64,000 bases of DNA from assembly GCA_050084515.1 (NCBI GenBank), contig CM114271.1, positions 8,866,001 through 8,930,000 of the forward strand, given 5' to 3'. The translations under genes and the position numbers were made by a program. Numbering within the stretch: position 1 is the first letter of the stretch; every line of letters begins with the position of its first letter. The notes under the pieces were generated by a model, which made no database searches, was not told the origin of the DNA, and saw only the letters and a list, made by a program, of their open reading frames with translations. This DNA is from Blasia pusilla (lineage: Eukaryota). Below are positions 40,101 through 51,879 of the stretch, in pieces.

Positions 40101-40194
40101 GGTAGTTTTAAGAGAGTCGGAGGTAGGAGTAGGAATCCACCAACCAATTCTGTCCCTCAAAGAAGTGCGAAGTATTTTATACAAACCACTTTGA
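37140..40194 (+). pseudogene. MULE transposase: GCM/WRKY-like zinc finger, DDE core and SWIM finger; frameshifted
   Basis: CVGALEC...CPHC...GSHTHP; WVSFD (38462), GFMAE (38663, E in place of the second D), DAFHW. After an intron starting at ~38993 come PNTSGAESVH (E at 39624) and SWIM CSCDDF...CKH. Confidence 0.85.
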
Positions 40195-40361
40195 GGATGC
40201 AAAATGAGGTTTTAGATTGTACTTTCATTTTTCAAGAACCTTCACTTTTAGCTTGAACTCTATTCAGCCCAGGGCAAATGGTAGATTGTTTCCAGACCTT
40301 GGATGGAAAAAGTGATTTGTTCCACACTTATGATTCCACTGATTTTTCATTTTTGTATATT

Positions 40362-40596
40362 TTGCGCAATTTGCAACCAGTCGGACTCAGATGGGTTGCC
40401 AAAATATGGAAGAGAAAAAAATTTTGTGGGACTGCTTAATAACTGAGCAAAAAAGTGCAAAAAAATTCACACAAAAAGTTTCCTCTCTTCAACCCAACGG
40501 AAACTCTCTTCAAAAAAAATTATCTATTTCGGTTGAAGGTAGTTTCCTCTCTCCTCTCTCCTCTCTTCCTCTCTTCCTCTCCTCTTACCGCACCTC
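40362..40596 (-). repeat. Right TIR
   Basis: Near-exact reverse complement of 29323-~29565. Confidence 0.9.
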
Positions 40597-40597
40597 C

Positions 40598-41313
40598 TCT
40601 TTTCCTGTAAGGCCAACTTTTCAGGCATTCTGGCAAGCTTCTTCACTTTTGCCTCGTTCCCCCATTATCGTCACACCATTCTTCTCTAACACGTTATTTC
40701 ATAGACGTGTTGGATTCCTACTACCTGTCGGATTCCCAACATGTTGGATTCTCATGGATTGTAGGGTGGAATGGAATCACTTGTCAAGATCCTTCTTCAA
40801 ATGGATGTGAAGTTTCCAAAACTTTGCAAGATGGCATGCAAGCTGGGAAGAATGCTATGATCGTTTGCTCGTGCTCCCCTACTTTCTTCAAAGCATACTT
40901 TTGGAATATCTGATTTTCTGAGAGGTTGCAAGCTTAGTAGTGTAATTCCTTTGCAAAAATGAAATCTTAACTCTGTCATTTTTCACAATTTATTACCATA
41001 ATTTTCAATTCATTCTTTGCAACTCCCAGCCTCGTTTCCTTCATTGTAGTCCCGTCGGAATCACAAGTCTGTCATGACTGGTTGTTAGATTTTCACAAAG
41101 TGTTGGGGATGAGGGTGGGAGTCTTGGATAAAGAGCCCACTATGGTGCACTTCTTACTCTCTTTGAAAACTTTCTTTCATTTGAAGTAGGGAAGAAACCT
41201 CAAAAATTGAAGAAAGTTTTGAAGAGAGTTTAAGGATTTGGCCCTTTTTTTGGAGGGAGACTCTCCTCTCTTCCTCTCCTCTCTTACTCTCTTCTGTCAA
41301 AATACCAGCCCCC
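40598..41313. mobile_element. Terminal remnant of another member of the same MULE family, inverted
   Basis: 40598-40735 is an inverted homolog of 30221-30357. It ends ...AAAATACCAGCCCCC like the MITE right end and the inverse of 23838. Confidence 0.75.
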
Positions 41314-41599
41314 GGGAGGGGTAAAGAAGAAAGCGGGGTACGAGGCGTGCGCTACAAACTTCAGGACCGTGGAAGTTCTGACCCCCAAGACTCATGAAGA
41401 CTCATAAGAGACCAAGGATAGGATTCTTGGGTCTTTTTCGTTGGGTCTTTGCAGCCTTGGTCTTTGGGGTTCTTGGTCTTGGCACTGCATCAACAGGAGC
41501 ATCCAAAAAGCCGTTATGAGGAGCGCGCCCGTTACGTAAAACTGGCGGTTATTAGGCATTTCAAGATCTGAATAGAGGGCGCGGTGTTGCTCATTTTAC

Positions 41600-43533
41600 A
41601 TGGCAAGAAGCCCGAGGAACCTCAAGAGCCGACCAAACAAAACTTTGCACCGGTATCACAAGAATCGAAGGAAGCGGGCCAGTTCATGTAGAGAGGAAGA
41701 CATAGCGCTCATGAAGTGCGGAGTGTATCCGGCACTAGGGATTTTGAGGGAATTGCACGAGGCCCTGAAGGAGCAGTCGTCATGGCAGTTCTTTGGGGCA
41801 GATTGGTCTCCATCGTCAGAGGCGTTACTCACGGAGCTCCATTCGAGTTCCAAGGTGGTGGATTTGGGGAAGAAGCGATACAAGTATCGAGCGCATCCGC
41901 CTTTTTGGTCTGCTAATTTGTGGCGCATCACGTATGAGCTTCCTGCGGCTCCAGAGTATGAACTAGACTACGATCCTCTTGTCCATCAAGAAGAATTAGA
42001 AGAGCTCGATTGCATTACAAAGGATTGATTAGGAAGGAGCGGCTACAAGCCACAAATGTTGAGTCCTCCCTTGTTCGCACAATTTTGTAGGGTCTACCAG
42101 ATCTTGTTCAATCTTGGTAGAACATATTATATTCGTAATAAGCTCATCAAACAGTGTTATACTCTTTCGAACATGCATCTGCATCTCGAAGAGCTAGGAG
42201 TGGATTTTTCAGCACTTGTCCATGCCCATGTACTTAGTTTGATAACCACTTTGACACCCGAGGAGAAATCATATCTCTCTCCTTTCTTAATTCGGTTGTA
42301 TTCACAGGTCGGTGAGGTTACCCTCGACGAGTCGGTCGGAGTGGGTCACAGCTACTCCAATTCAAAGACCGCGACCAACCGAAGCGTCTACTTCAAGTAC
42401 TAGAGAGGTAGCAATAGTAACTACCGCAAAGTGTGCACAGAACGAGACATAGGCCGACGGAGGGATCTTCGTCTTGTCCACGTTCACAAACGCCTGAGAT
42501 ACCTAGACCTAAGAGGGTCCCGATTGAAATCCGTCAAGAATTGGAAGAGGCAGCGGAGGTGCCCGTGGCTGAAGAAGTAGAACCAGCGGTTATTCCTTCT
42601 AGTTTGCAAGACAATTTGATTGTGCAGCCTGTGCACACCAACTTACGACATTTGACGTCATTTTTGGAAGTTGCAGAACCAATTCTTGAAGAACTAAAGA
42701 AGATGGAGAATTCTTCCGACCATGTGGCGGCACAAGAATAGATAGGAGTTCTCAGGAACCTACGTCTTTTCCTAAACTTGCAGCAAACGGTCAACGAGTC
42801 AATGGAGCGCCAAAATCGGGCGCAAGAAATTGAAATTGGAGAACTTAAAAAGTTCTTTTAGTTGAGCAGAAGCAGAGCTGGAAGAAGCAAGTTACGAAGC
42901 TTGTAATGCCCAACAATGGGAAAGCTTGGTGGTGGATATCAAACATGGGGTAGATCAACTCTTCGTATAATTACAACAATCTTTGTTGCACGCCAAGAAA
43001 TTGCAAGAGCGAATTGATCTCCTCCACGCTAGTCATTGGAGTATGATGATGGAGAGCGTGAAGAAGGGGGAAATGATCATGGAACATCATCAGACCAACA
43101 GTGATTGATATCGCAGTGGAGCCAAGTCACAACGAAGATTGCGGTGTTGGAAGCAGAGCAGAAACTTAGGGCGGAAGTACAACAAGAACCAGAAGAAGCC
43201 CAAGACATAATTACGGAGGCGATTCAGAATTTTGAAACGCAGGTCATAGAAGAGCTAGCCTATGTCAACCAGTATTGGAAAAGACAGATGCATATTGTTG
43301 CACTACTTGAGGTGGCAGAACCACTGTGTTTGCAAGAACCGGCCATAGTGCCTTTTGTACCTTCAGAGGTAAGAGTGCAGAACAAAATTTTAGGTTCTTC
43401 AAAGGTAGTAGAAAATTGGAGGGAGAGAATGAAGAACAACATGCCCAATCTTGTTAACAGACCATCGACCATACATGGTCGACCCCCTCTTGACATTGAA
43501 ATTGTAGAGTTAACAGATGACATGAGTCCTTAG
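41600..43533 (+). pseudogene. Degenerate long ORF with coiled-coil-like C-terminus, possibly a retroelement accessory ORF
   Basis: Series of co-oriented ORF pieces split by stops, followed by a PPT-like GAGTGAGGGGGTA (~43587-43599). No recognisable domain. Confidence 0.35.
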
Positions 43534-44726
43534 ATGTACCAAAGAGGTAGACAAAGATAGAATGTTTGTCGGGACAGATCACATTTGAGTGAGGGGGTAT
43601 GCGGCTCACATTTGAGCGATGCCCGAAAATGTCGTCTTTTGCCTGTCCTCCAATTTGATAGGCAATTGATGGTATCTAGCTCAAAGATCTTACAAACTGA
43701 AGACCTTTGCATGCCCAATAGCATCAAAGATCTCCTAAGGGGTGGGCATGGTATACCTATGGGGCTTCGCCTTCCGATTGATAGGTCGATAATCTCCACA
43801 CATCCGCCTATCTGTCTAGTTGCCATGCACATCCTTCTTGGCGGGCATGATAATCACAGATGCATACTCTCCATGGAACATCTCCACTAGTCCTGCTCCA
43901 ACCAATTCTTGGCTCCTACTCTAAATCACATCCCACTCCATGTCACTGTACTTATAGGATCGTCGGAAGATTGGCGTGTTGCTAGACAACTCAATGCGGA
44001 TCCCTAGACCTTTCAACATACCCAAATCATGCATACTAAATGCAAAACAGTATCCGATGCCGCTCTCCTCCTATCAACTTAGGGCCCATATCTGGCTCCC
44101 AAGTCTCCATTGTGACTACGGTAGGGCTCTCCGGCGCGGGTATCGATGATTGCTATGGTGTAACCCCGTCTCGGACAACATGACTCGACTTCTCTGTGCG
44201 CCCCTTCATAAGTGGCTCCCATGTGTGTTAGATACTTTTGGGACTCTAGTTAGGTGAGTAGAAGGAGCTAGAACAACAATCTGCAATTTAAATGGGATCA
44301 TTGGTGCTATTTGGACCAAGATGGTGGCAGCTCACAAATCAGATTGGGATAGGAAATTAGCTTCAGTTGTCCATGCTTACAATACATCTGAGAAGAGTAC
44401 CACAGGGAAAAGTCCCTACTTCTTGGTGTATGGGCAGAACCCTCTCTCGGTAGTAGAGTTGGAGTTGAAGACTGATCATACTCTAGAAGGGCACTTCCAA
44501 CCTGAAGGTGGCATAGATAGCAGGCTGGATATGATTGATGCCCTAGAGGAGGAGAGAAAGGCAGCATTAGAGAAGACCAAGGCCGTTCAGCAACAAAGGA
44601 AGATGAGGTTTGATAACCAAATACAGCATGATCCAGTGAAGGAGGGGGACATGGTGCTGATGTATGATAGTCGACCCCAAAAGTTTCCAGGAAAGCTGCA
44701 CATTCGACTGCTTGGGCCTTATCAGG

Positions 44727-44998
44727 TGAAGCGCATCCAAGGGAGTGATGAGAGCAGGTGGAGTTGAAGAGCATCCAGGGGAGTGATGAGATCAGGTGAA
44801 GAGCATCCAGGGGAGTGATGAGAGCAGGTGGAGCTGAAGAGCATCCAAGGGAGTGATGAGATCAGGTGAAGAGCATCCAAGGAAGTGATGAGAGCAGGTG
44901 GAGCTGAAGAGCATCCAAGGGAGTGATGAGAGCAGGTGGAGCTGAAGAGCATCCAGGGGAGTAATGAGAGCAGGTGGAGCTGAAGAGCATCCAAGGGA
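44727..44998. repeat. Minisatellite, ~7.5 copies of a 32/38-bp unit GAAGAGCATCCAAGGGAGTGATGAGAGCAGGTGGAGCT
   Basis: Directly visible tandem copies, starting right after the integrase GPY motif. Confidence 0.9.
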
Positions 44999-45771
44999 AG
45001 CTCGAACCAGATTGAGAAGAAGCAAGCATGGGAAGAATGTAAAGGTAGGTCTTACCTTCAAGCATGTCCAAGAGACAAGTCGACCCTATGCCATCAATAC
45101 TGCTCAAGAGACTTTAGTTAGGACACGTTCAGAAGTAGATGAGGTAGAAATTTCAGGCAGTAGATGCCTTGGAGTAGATGCTTAGGGGGAGGTAGATTTG
45201 TAGGAAGGTAGGAACCCAGAATGCCAGAGAAGCCCAAGTGGGAAGAGGGCTCTCAGCTTCACTTATAAATACTCTATTGGGTTTGCTTGAAGGCGGGCAT
45301 ATACATGTTGTTGGCTAGTAGACACTTGATCTCTTGAGCCAAGCTAACTAGCAGAGTTATGTGCTCCCAGATCTAGGTAGTGTGTAGTGTGCTTGAAGGG
45401 GGCTGAGACTAAGAAGGTCTCCCATGTACTCGATGATTTTGTGATACACTGAAGGTAGTCCTGTGAAATGAGTTCACTCCATTGCCTCATGATCTGAGTA
45501 TGTGCATGATTGAGTAATGAGTTGGGGGGCTTGATGAAGGGAGATTCTTGGAGCTGATTCAATTGATCATTCAAAAGTGTAGTGAGTGGACAAGAGGTTG
45601 TACCAATAGAGGGGAGGCAAGCTTGGGTTCCAAGATTGTGCTCCACCAAGGTGTGCTTGGAAAGCTTGTTGTTCTGCCCACCTAAGCTTGGCCTCTGACA
45701 TCAATCACTGATTACTTCCAAGGTGTGACAACCTGGACTTCCAGGTCTGGTAAGTGATAAGAGTTAGTGAG

Positions 45772-45773
<2 letters not shown>

Positions 45774-45866
<93 letters not shown>
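45774..45866. repeat. (GA)n microsatellite, ~46 units
   Basis: Directly visible. Confidence 0.95.
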
Positions 45867-45869
<3 letters not shown>

Positions 45870-46654
45870 CATGCTTGAGCTCCCCTATAGGTAGAAGACC
45901 ATGGCTCAGCCTGTTAAGTCTCCTACTACCTGAACAAGAAGGGAGAACAAAGGATCAACAACGTAAGAGGAGAAGAAGAAGGTGATTGTACTACCTGATC
46001 GGTTAGGAGTTGGGTGTACTTTAGAGGATGTCCTTGGTACATTCAACTAGTCCAAGGCAGCACATTGGAGGACCTTATGTTGCCCTGGTCATTCTTGACA
46101 GTGATTTCTAAGTAGAGTGTGCTTGTTGGGTTCCATTGGCCACTCCACTCAAAGCACTCAAGAGAAAGGAAGGAGTTTTGGTTAGTAGGGTGAGGATAGG
46201 ATTGTGATACTGAAGTGGAGAGAGTTTCTCCAACCTCTTAAGGTAGAGAGGTGGGGTTTACAGTTGTTAAGGAGTACATCTTGCAGATCTGATCTTCTGA
46301 TCTGGCCCTAAGCTCTTACATGGGACCGAACTGGTGGAACTAGCAACATTTTCACCTGGGTTGTGTGTTGGCCATGTATTACCTCGTGAGACATGCTCCC
46401 TTGCAGCCAACTGAACACTCTCATATCCTCCATGTGTAGTACATGGAACCACGCTCGATGTTGTTGCTATCATCTCATGACGTACTTGCAAAACATCCCA
46501 AGAAGTCCAAGGGTGTCTCTCTTGATCATTCCTGGTGTGTCGATCTCCTCGGGTCTAGCCCCCAACCATTGCCTCAACCATCTCGGTAGATATGGGGCTC
46601 TTCAACCCAACAGTTGTGATCTTTCACAACCTCAAATGACGTTGCTCAACTACT

Positions 46655-47612
46655 CCTAAGCTGATAATCCATATCAAGCAGTTCAGGTCCATGGCCTGAC
46701 CCAAGACATGTCGTCGTGATGCCTCTGATAGTGATGGTATTGCCGTCACTCCTGTGGGGAATCCCATCACTCACTCATGCTCATCAGCGTTGGGCTCCAC
46801 CAACCACTGTACCTGATCATCCTAAACCAAGCCTGGCCCGGACTCCTTGAATGCATAGGAAGCGGGAAAATTCACAAACGTGGGAAAGGTTGTCCGTGGC
46901 ATGCCAATCCTGTTGACCACCGTCAACGATTGTCAATCATCGTGCCTCACTGCCTATGATCAACGACTTGGATCCATAATAGAATCCACCAACAAATGGG
47001 AGGGGTGCTCCACTCTCGCATACACCCTTCTCAAAACCTCATGTGTCACCAAGTTGGTCCAACAAAGATGAGGGCGATGTGCTCGTAAACCTATACTCGC
47101 CGCATCCAAAAACACTTTCGTGCCAATCCATGCGCGCACCTGATGTGCACTCGTCACAACGCAGGACCTCGAATCGCCCAAAATTGGCACATTCTCCATA
47201 ATGTATGCTGGAGAACAGGAGTGATGCCTCTACAGGAGTTGCAAGATCCGCATCATCTCCCAAAAAAACCTGGATCAAATGTCAACCAATCCACTACAAG
47301 TCTAGCACTCAACTGGCCTTGACATGGCCAACCAGTAAGGACCAAATCTATGGTCACTACCCGCTCCAAGTCTTATGTCCCCAGCAATGAAATATCCCTC
47401 GGTAGGGAACTCTGGTAAGTGTGGATGACCGACGCAGACAACAAGTCAGGAAATCAAAGGCAGAAGTGCGCTACATGGTGAAGTGAAGCGTGCCTTGCAA
47501 CATCATCAATCTCAATGTATAGGTACTAGTGTACGTGCACTCCCGCGTGCAAAATAGCAGCTAGTCCAGTGTTGATCCCTCCAAAGAGATCCAACACGTG
47601 AATACCCTCCTC
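46655..47612 (-). pseudogene. DNMT3-like C5 cytosine methyltransferase domain within Gypsy pol (copy 2)
   Basis: I VLDLFGGINTG, II YIEID, IV DLVLTGWPCQG, VI YIMENV, VIII AHRPHLCWTN, IX EHE*VMGFPTG, X RRHVLGQAMD. Confidence 0.9.
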
Positions 47613-49363
47613 TAGGATGCGCCACACAATCGGTATGATGTCCAAGGGGGTCATAGTAGCACTCACGGCTACCTTGGGTTCCTCTAACCCGACACGCTCT
47701 GGTGCAAACGCCTCACTCCATGCCCTCCACACCGTCTACACATGCTCATCATCCAAGCGTCAAAGCTCCTCACTCGAGCCCAACAACGGAATGATGCGGC
47801 TACTATAACACTCCTCTCCCTAGAAGTGTTAAGCGTGGGTGTGTCCTCCGCATGGACATGCCCCTCAAACAAGTCACAAGGCCACGTGATGGCGCTCTGA
47901 ATGTTGCTAATGCCACCATCTCTCCTAGCCGTCGCTCGATCACTCCACCCATGAATCGAATGGGTAATGAACTAAGTCGCCCATCATCGGACTACCATCT
48001 TGGTCTGTAGGACGCTAACTCCTCACTTTAATCCAGAGAAAACCCCATCGGGTACCACACTACTCCACCAACCAAGAGGTGTAGGACTCGGCATCGGTCA
48101 CTATCGCCTTGGCTCGCACCATTGACTCATCAATAGGATATCCTGGGGGAATCCTCACCACAACCTCTAGTCTAGTGATAAACTATGTGGTATTCACTCC
48201 ACCCAAGGATGTCTCTATCTTGAATGGACAACGCTCCACATCAGCCCTCGTCAGGCCCAAACCCGTGAATGCTGCCTTCCCCAACATCAAGGGTTACGCT
48301 CCTAAATCTAACAAGACATGATGCGGAAAAAACACTCTACCTCTTGGACAAACCAAATGGAATACCTCTCCCTAGTTCTCCAGCAACACAACACTTGGAG
48401 CAACCATGGCACGCTCTACCGCAGGTCTAGTGGGCATGTCTGCCATCCTAGGAGTCGCAACCTGCCGTGAATCTGAGGTGGACGGCCCAAGCATCGGCTC
48501 CAAGGTTAGGTCCATCACCTCCTCTGCAATCACCTCTGAAGGTGACGAAGGAACACCATCTCCACGCTCATATAACGTAGCGGCCAACCGAAAAACCTCG
48601 GCGGGAGTACCTCCCAACGTCATAACATCGAAAGCAAAAAAAAAAACAAGCACGGTACACCATTGTGGTCTCCCCTAACCTTGTACTTGACACATGCTCC
48701 TCCCGAGCATCAGCAATAGGAGTCGTCGTACTGGCTTCTCCCATCGACCTTCGTGCCTGCACACCAACAACATCAACTCTCCGAGAACTCTGATGAGGAC
48801 CCATCGATGGGGTCCTCATCGCCTCGAACAACGTGAAAGACTGAGGAAGCCTGGTTTGTTTCCTGGCTTCCCCTCTCTGTGCTAGTCTCTGTCAATCCAA
48901 CTCTGCAACTGCTCCACATGTAACAACATCGACTGCTTCCAAAAAGACAATTGCGCACATCCAACCACGATCCTCCATTTCTATGGCTGCTCCATAAGAC
49001 GTCGATGCCACTAATCTGGCATCGGGTAACCGCAATGTCATAACGGAAATTTTTTGCTGCAAGTACTGTATCTGAGCACCCATCCCAGTCTCACGCCTGA
49101 CGTCTCCCTCGAGGCGTCTAGGTGGTGGAACTCTACCTCCTCCACGCGAAACTCCACCACCCCCTCGGGCAAATCCAACTCCTCATCCCCCAACGGGACC
49201 ACCTAGTGCACGACCTCTAGGCCCACTTGGACTGGCAACTCGATTTGGTGCCCTCTCTGGCCCTCGGTCCGGACGTAACTCAGGGTGTAAGCTGAAAAAG
49301 CGCGCACGTGTATCACCATACCTCTGAAAATAATCACACTAATAAACTCTTGGTGTAGCCCCA

Positions 49364-50835
49364 TGTGATAAACCACTCTTATGAGAATTTTGAAATTTTG
49401 ATGTTTTTATACTGAATTATAGTAAAGTCTTTATGAAGTGAAGACTAAAGACTCACTATTGGAAGTAAAGGGTCTTACTTTACTGAAATTGTGTGGAAGG
49501 AGTAATTGACAAAACTCTAATGAGAAGACAAGAAAGGTTAGAATATTAAGGACTGTCTTGGAAGAGTGAGAGGTGTATAAAAATAGGAATAGAAGTTAGA
49601 AGAAGAAGCGTGGGTGCTTGGTTAGAAAAGACCGCATAAGAACAATGTAAAAGACTATCAACGAAGATTGGAAAAGAAGGACGAAGACTCTAGAGCAAAG
49701 ACTAAGAACTCAAAGAAGGAAGAGGAAGGAGCGGAAGAGGTCAAAGATTCTTCACAAAAATAGACAGGTATATTAAGAAGAGGAATAGAAAGATAGAGAA
49801 TGCTTGGAAGAAAGCTGAAGGAAAGAACGTAAAGACTCTTCGGGAGGGCACAAGGATAAGAGTCTTCGCGCGAAGATAGGATAGGAAAGAGAAAGACTAC
49901 AAAGACTAGGAAGAGTCTTTGCGAAGAACTACAAAGAGCGCAAAGACTGTGAAGACTGAACCGTCGCGGCGGTTTCGAAAGCCAGAAAGGGAGAGTCGCG
50001 GCGGCTACAACAATTTAGAAGGGAGCGGAAAGGAAACGCCAAGACAATGAACAGTCTTAGGAAGATGGAAGGTTGGGGAATTGGAATAAAAGAGTTAAGA
50101 TTAGCAATTAGAAATCTAGATTAGAGTAGGAAGACCAATCGGAATTGTAAATACTATTTAAAGAGCAACCAGTTGAAGAAGGGATCATCGTTTTCCCTTG
50201 TATCTTGGACTCCTTGCTACTGTTCTGTGTATCTTGAATTTACCAAAAGTCTTGGTGAGTGTGTAAGGAGTTTCGTTGGGGGGGATGATCCAAGCTGAAG
50301 AGTCTTTTACTTTTTGAAGCTTGTACTACGTCCGAGTTCTTTCCACTTTTTGATGTAAAGAAGAGTCTTCTCTCATTCTTTCTGATGTGCGGAATCGAAT
50401 GTGGATCTTATTGGGGTGCAGTAGAGATGAGAGTTCAGTCTTGTAGTTTCGGAATTCCCTAAGATAATCAAGAACATCGTAGGAAAGTTGTTAGACAGTG
50501 AGTAACCTACCATGACAGATTTAGTTTTGAAAGTAGGATGAGTCGCCATTCTTGAGGTCTCTTTGAGGTCTTCATGGAGCTTTGTTATTGCAAATTCGCA
50601 AGAGTCTTCGTATGCACTTGAGAAGAGTCTTTTCCAAGAGGAAAGAAAAGCATTTTATTCTTTTGTTCTTGTAAGAAAATGTCATTGTAGTTAGTGACGC
50701 ATTTTAGTGAAGAAGAATTTTATTCTTGATATTCTTTATAAAACCTCTCTTTACTCAAGAAATAGTGGCCTCTTGGGAATGAACTTAGTACTTTGCGATA
50801 GAAAGAGTATCTTTTTCCTTGAGTTGAACATTACA
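49364..50835. mobile_element. Solo LTR (1472 bp)
   Basis: TGTGAT...ATTACA termini flanked by a perfect 5-bp TSD CCCCA (49359-49363 and 50836-50840). Inserted in the gag region of copy 2. Confidence 0.9.
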
Positions 50836-50859
50836 CCCCATCTCCTCCTCTATGTTGAG

Positions 50860-51879
50860 GCGCACGTCCACTACCATGACAAGTGCAATCGCGCTAGTGA
50901 TGGGCTCCACCACATGCCCAACAAATAATCATAGGCGATTGCTACTGAGCGGCATATGAAGGCGTAAGTCTCAATGGCATGGCCTTCCAATATCCTCCCT
51001 GAGCTCGTGGTGCCACAGACCTCTCTCAAAATCCACGTTGATGCACTGTTGGTACAATCAATCGTGACTGCTCTCGCACGGAAGCCATGGTGGCTACGCT
51101 TTCCTCAGCCATGTTGCACTCAATGTTCTTGGCATTTGTGAAAATATCTCTCAACGTAGGTGAGGTGTGCAGAAGAAGTACCCCATCCCTCATCCGTTTC
51201 CACAAGTCTCATTCCAGCATCGCGTACAATGCCTAGATAGCTTGGGACTTTGTCACCCCCTAAGTGACGCTAATCAACTGGGGCAAGCGAGTGTAGACCT
51301 CACACAAACTCTCACCCAAGCGCCTCTGGAAGTTGTGGATGCTCTGCAACTTCTCAGTTCGTACCCTTTGGTAGCTCGTCCGCAACTCCGCAAAGAACTC
51401 AACCACGGGGTTGAACCTAGGACGAACCCGATTGGACAATGCAAATGCTACAGTACGAGTTATCCCTCCTAACACATCATTGGTGGAAGAGGAAGTAGCC
51501 TCTCTTGACTCCTCCTCCTCATCTAGAAACGGCTCAGTCCATAACATATAGTGTGGGTCATAGTAGAGTCTCCATGGCTCAATCTCTGGGAGAACTCATG
51601 GTAATGATCCATGGGTGCCCCCTCTAAGTGCTTGAATATGCCGTTCCATGTTGTGAAGGGGTTGAACTCTCTTGAGTTCCTAGCCCGTTGTGAGTCGTAC
51701 CAACTCCTAAACTCCATAATGAAGTCGTGTAACTCTATCATGCCAAGAACACCTGAAAACCTACGCAGTCCTGTATCTCGGTCGTCCAACTCGTACTCCC
51801 TAGCGGTAGGACCACTCAATATGTGCGGTGATGCATTAAAAAACTTCTCTACACTCTCCCCCTTGTCTAAAGACGACAC
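50860..51879 (-). pseudogene. Gypsy gag remnant (copy 2)
   Basis: GLRRFSGVLGMIELHDFIMEF...WNGIFKHLEGAPMD and knuckle CWACGGAHH*RDC. Confidence 0.75.

Larger units (their letters stand above)
29323..40596. mobile_element. Mutator-like (MULE) DNA transposon, ~11.3 kb, with two divergent genes
   Basis: Long TIRs (29323-~29565 vs ~40362-40596; GAGGTGCGGTAAGAGG...CCTCTTACCGCACCTC), transposase on + and an accessory gene on -. No TSD found. Confidence 0.9.
44290..46262 (+). mobile_element. 3' part of a different Gypsy element: integrase C-terminus, PPT and putative LTR
   Basis: DWDRKL...AYNTSEKSTTGKSPYFLVYG...KL..RLLGPYQV; PPT AGGGGGAGGTAGA at 45184-45196; putative LTR TGTAGG(45199)...TTTACA(46262). 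Confidence 0.7.

Noticed and set aside
23838-41313. One 17.5-kb element bounded by the inverted GGGGGCTGGTA ends
   Set aside because: No TSD (AATGCCCAA vs GGGAGGGGT), and the two arms look like the same end of two differently aged copies.
45767-45985. ER-repeat ORF
   Set aside because: It is simply the translation of a (GA)n microsatellite.
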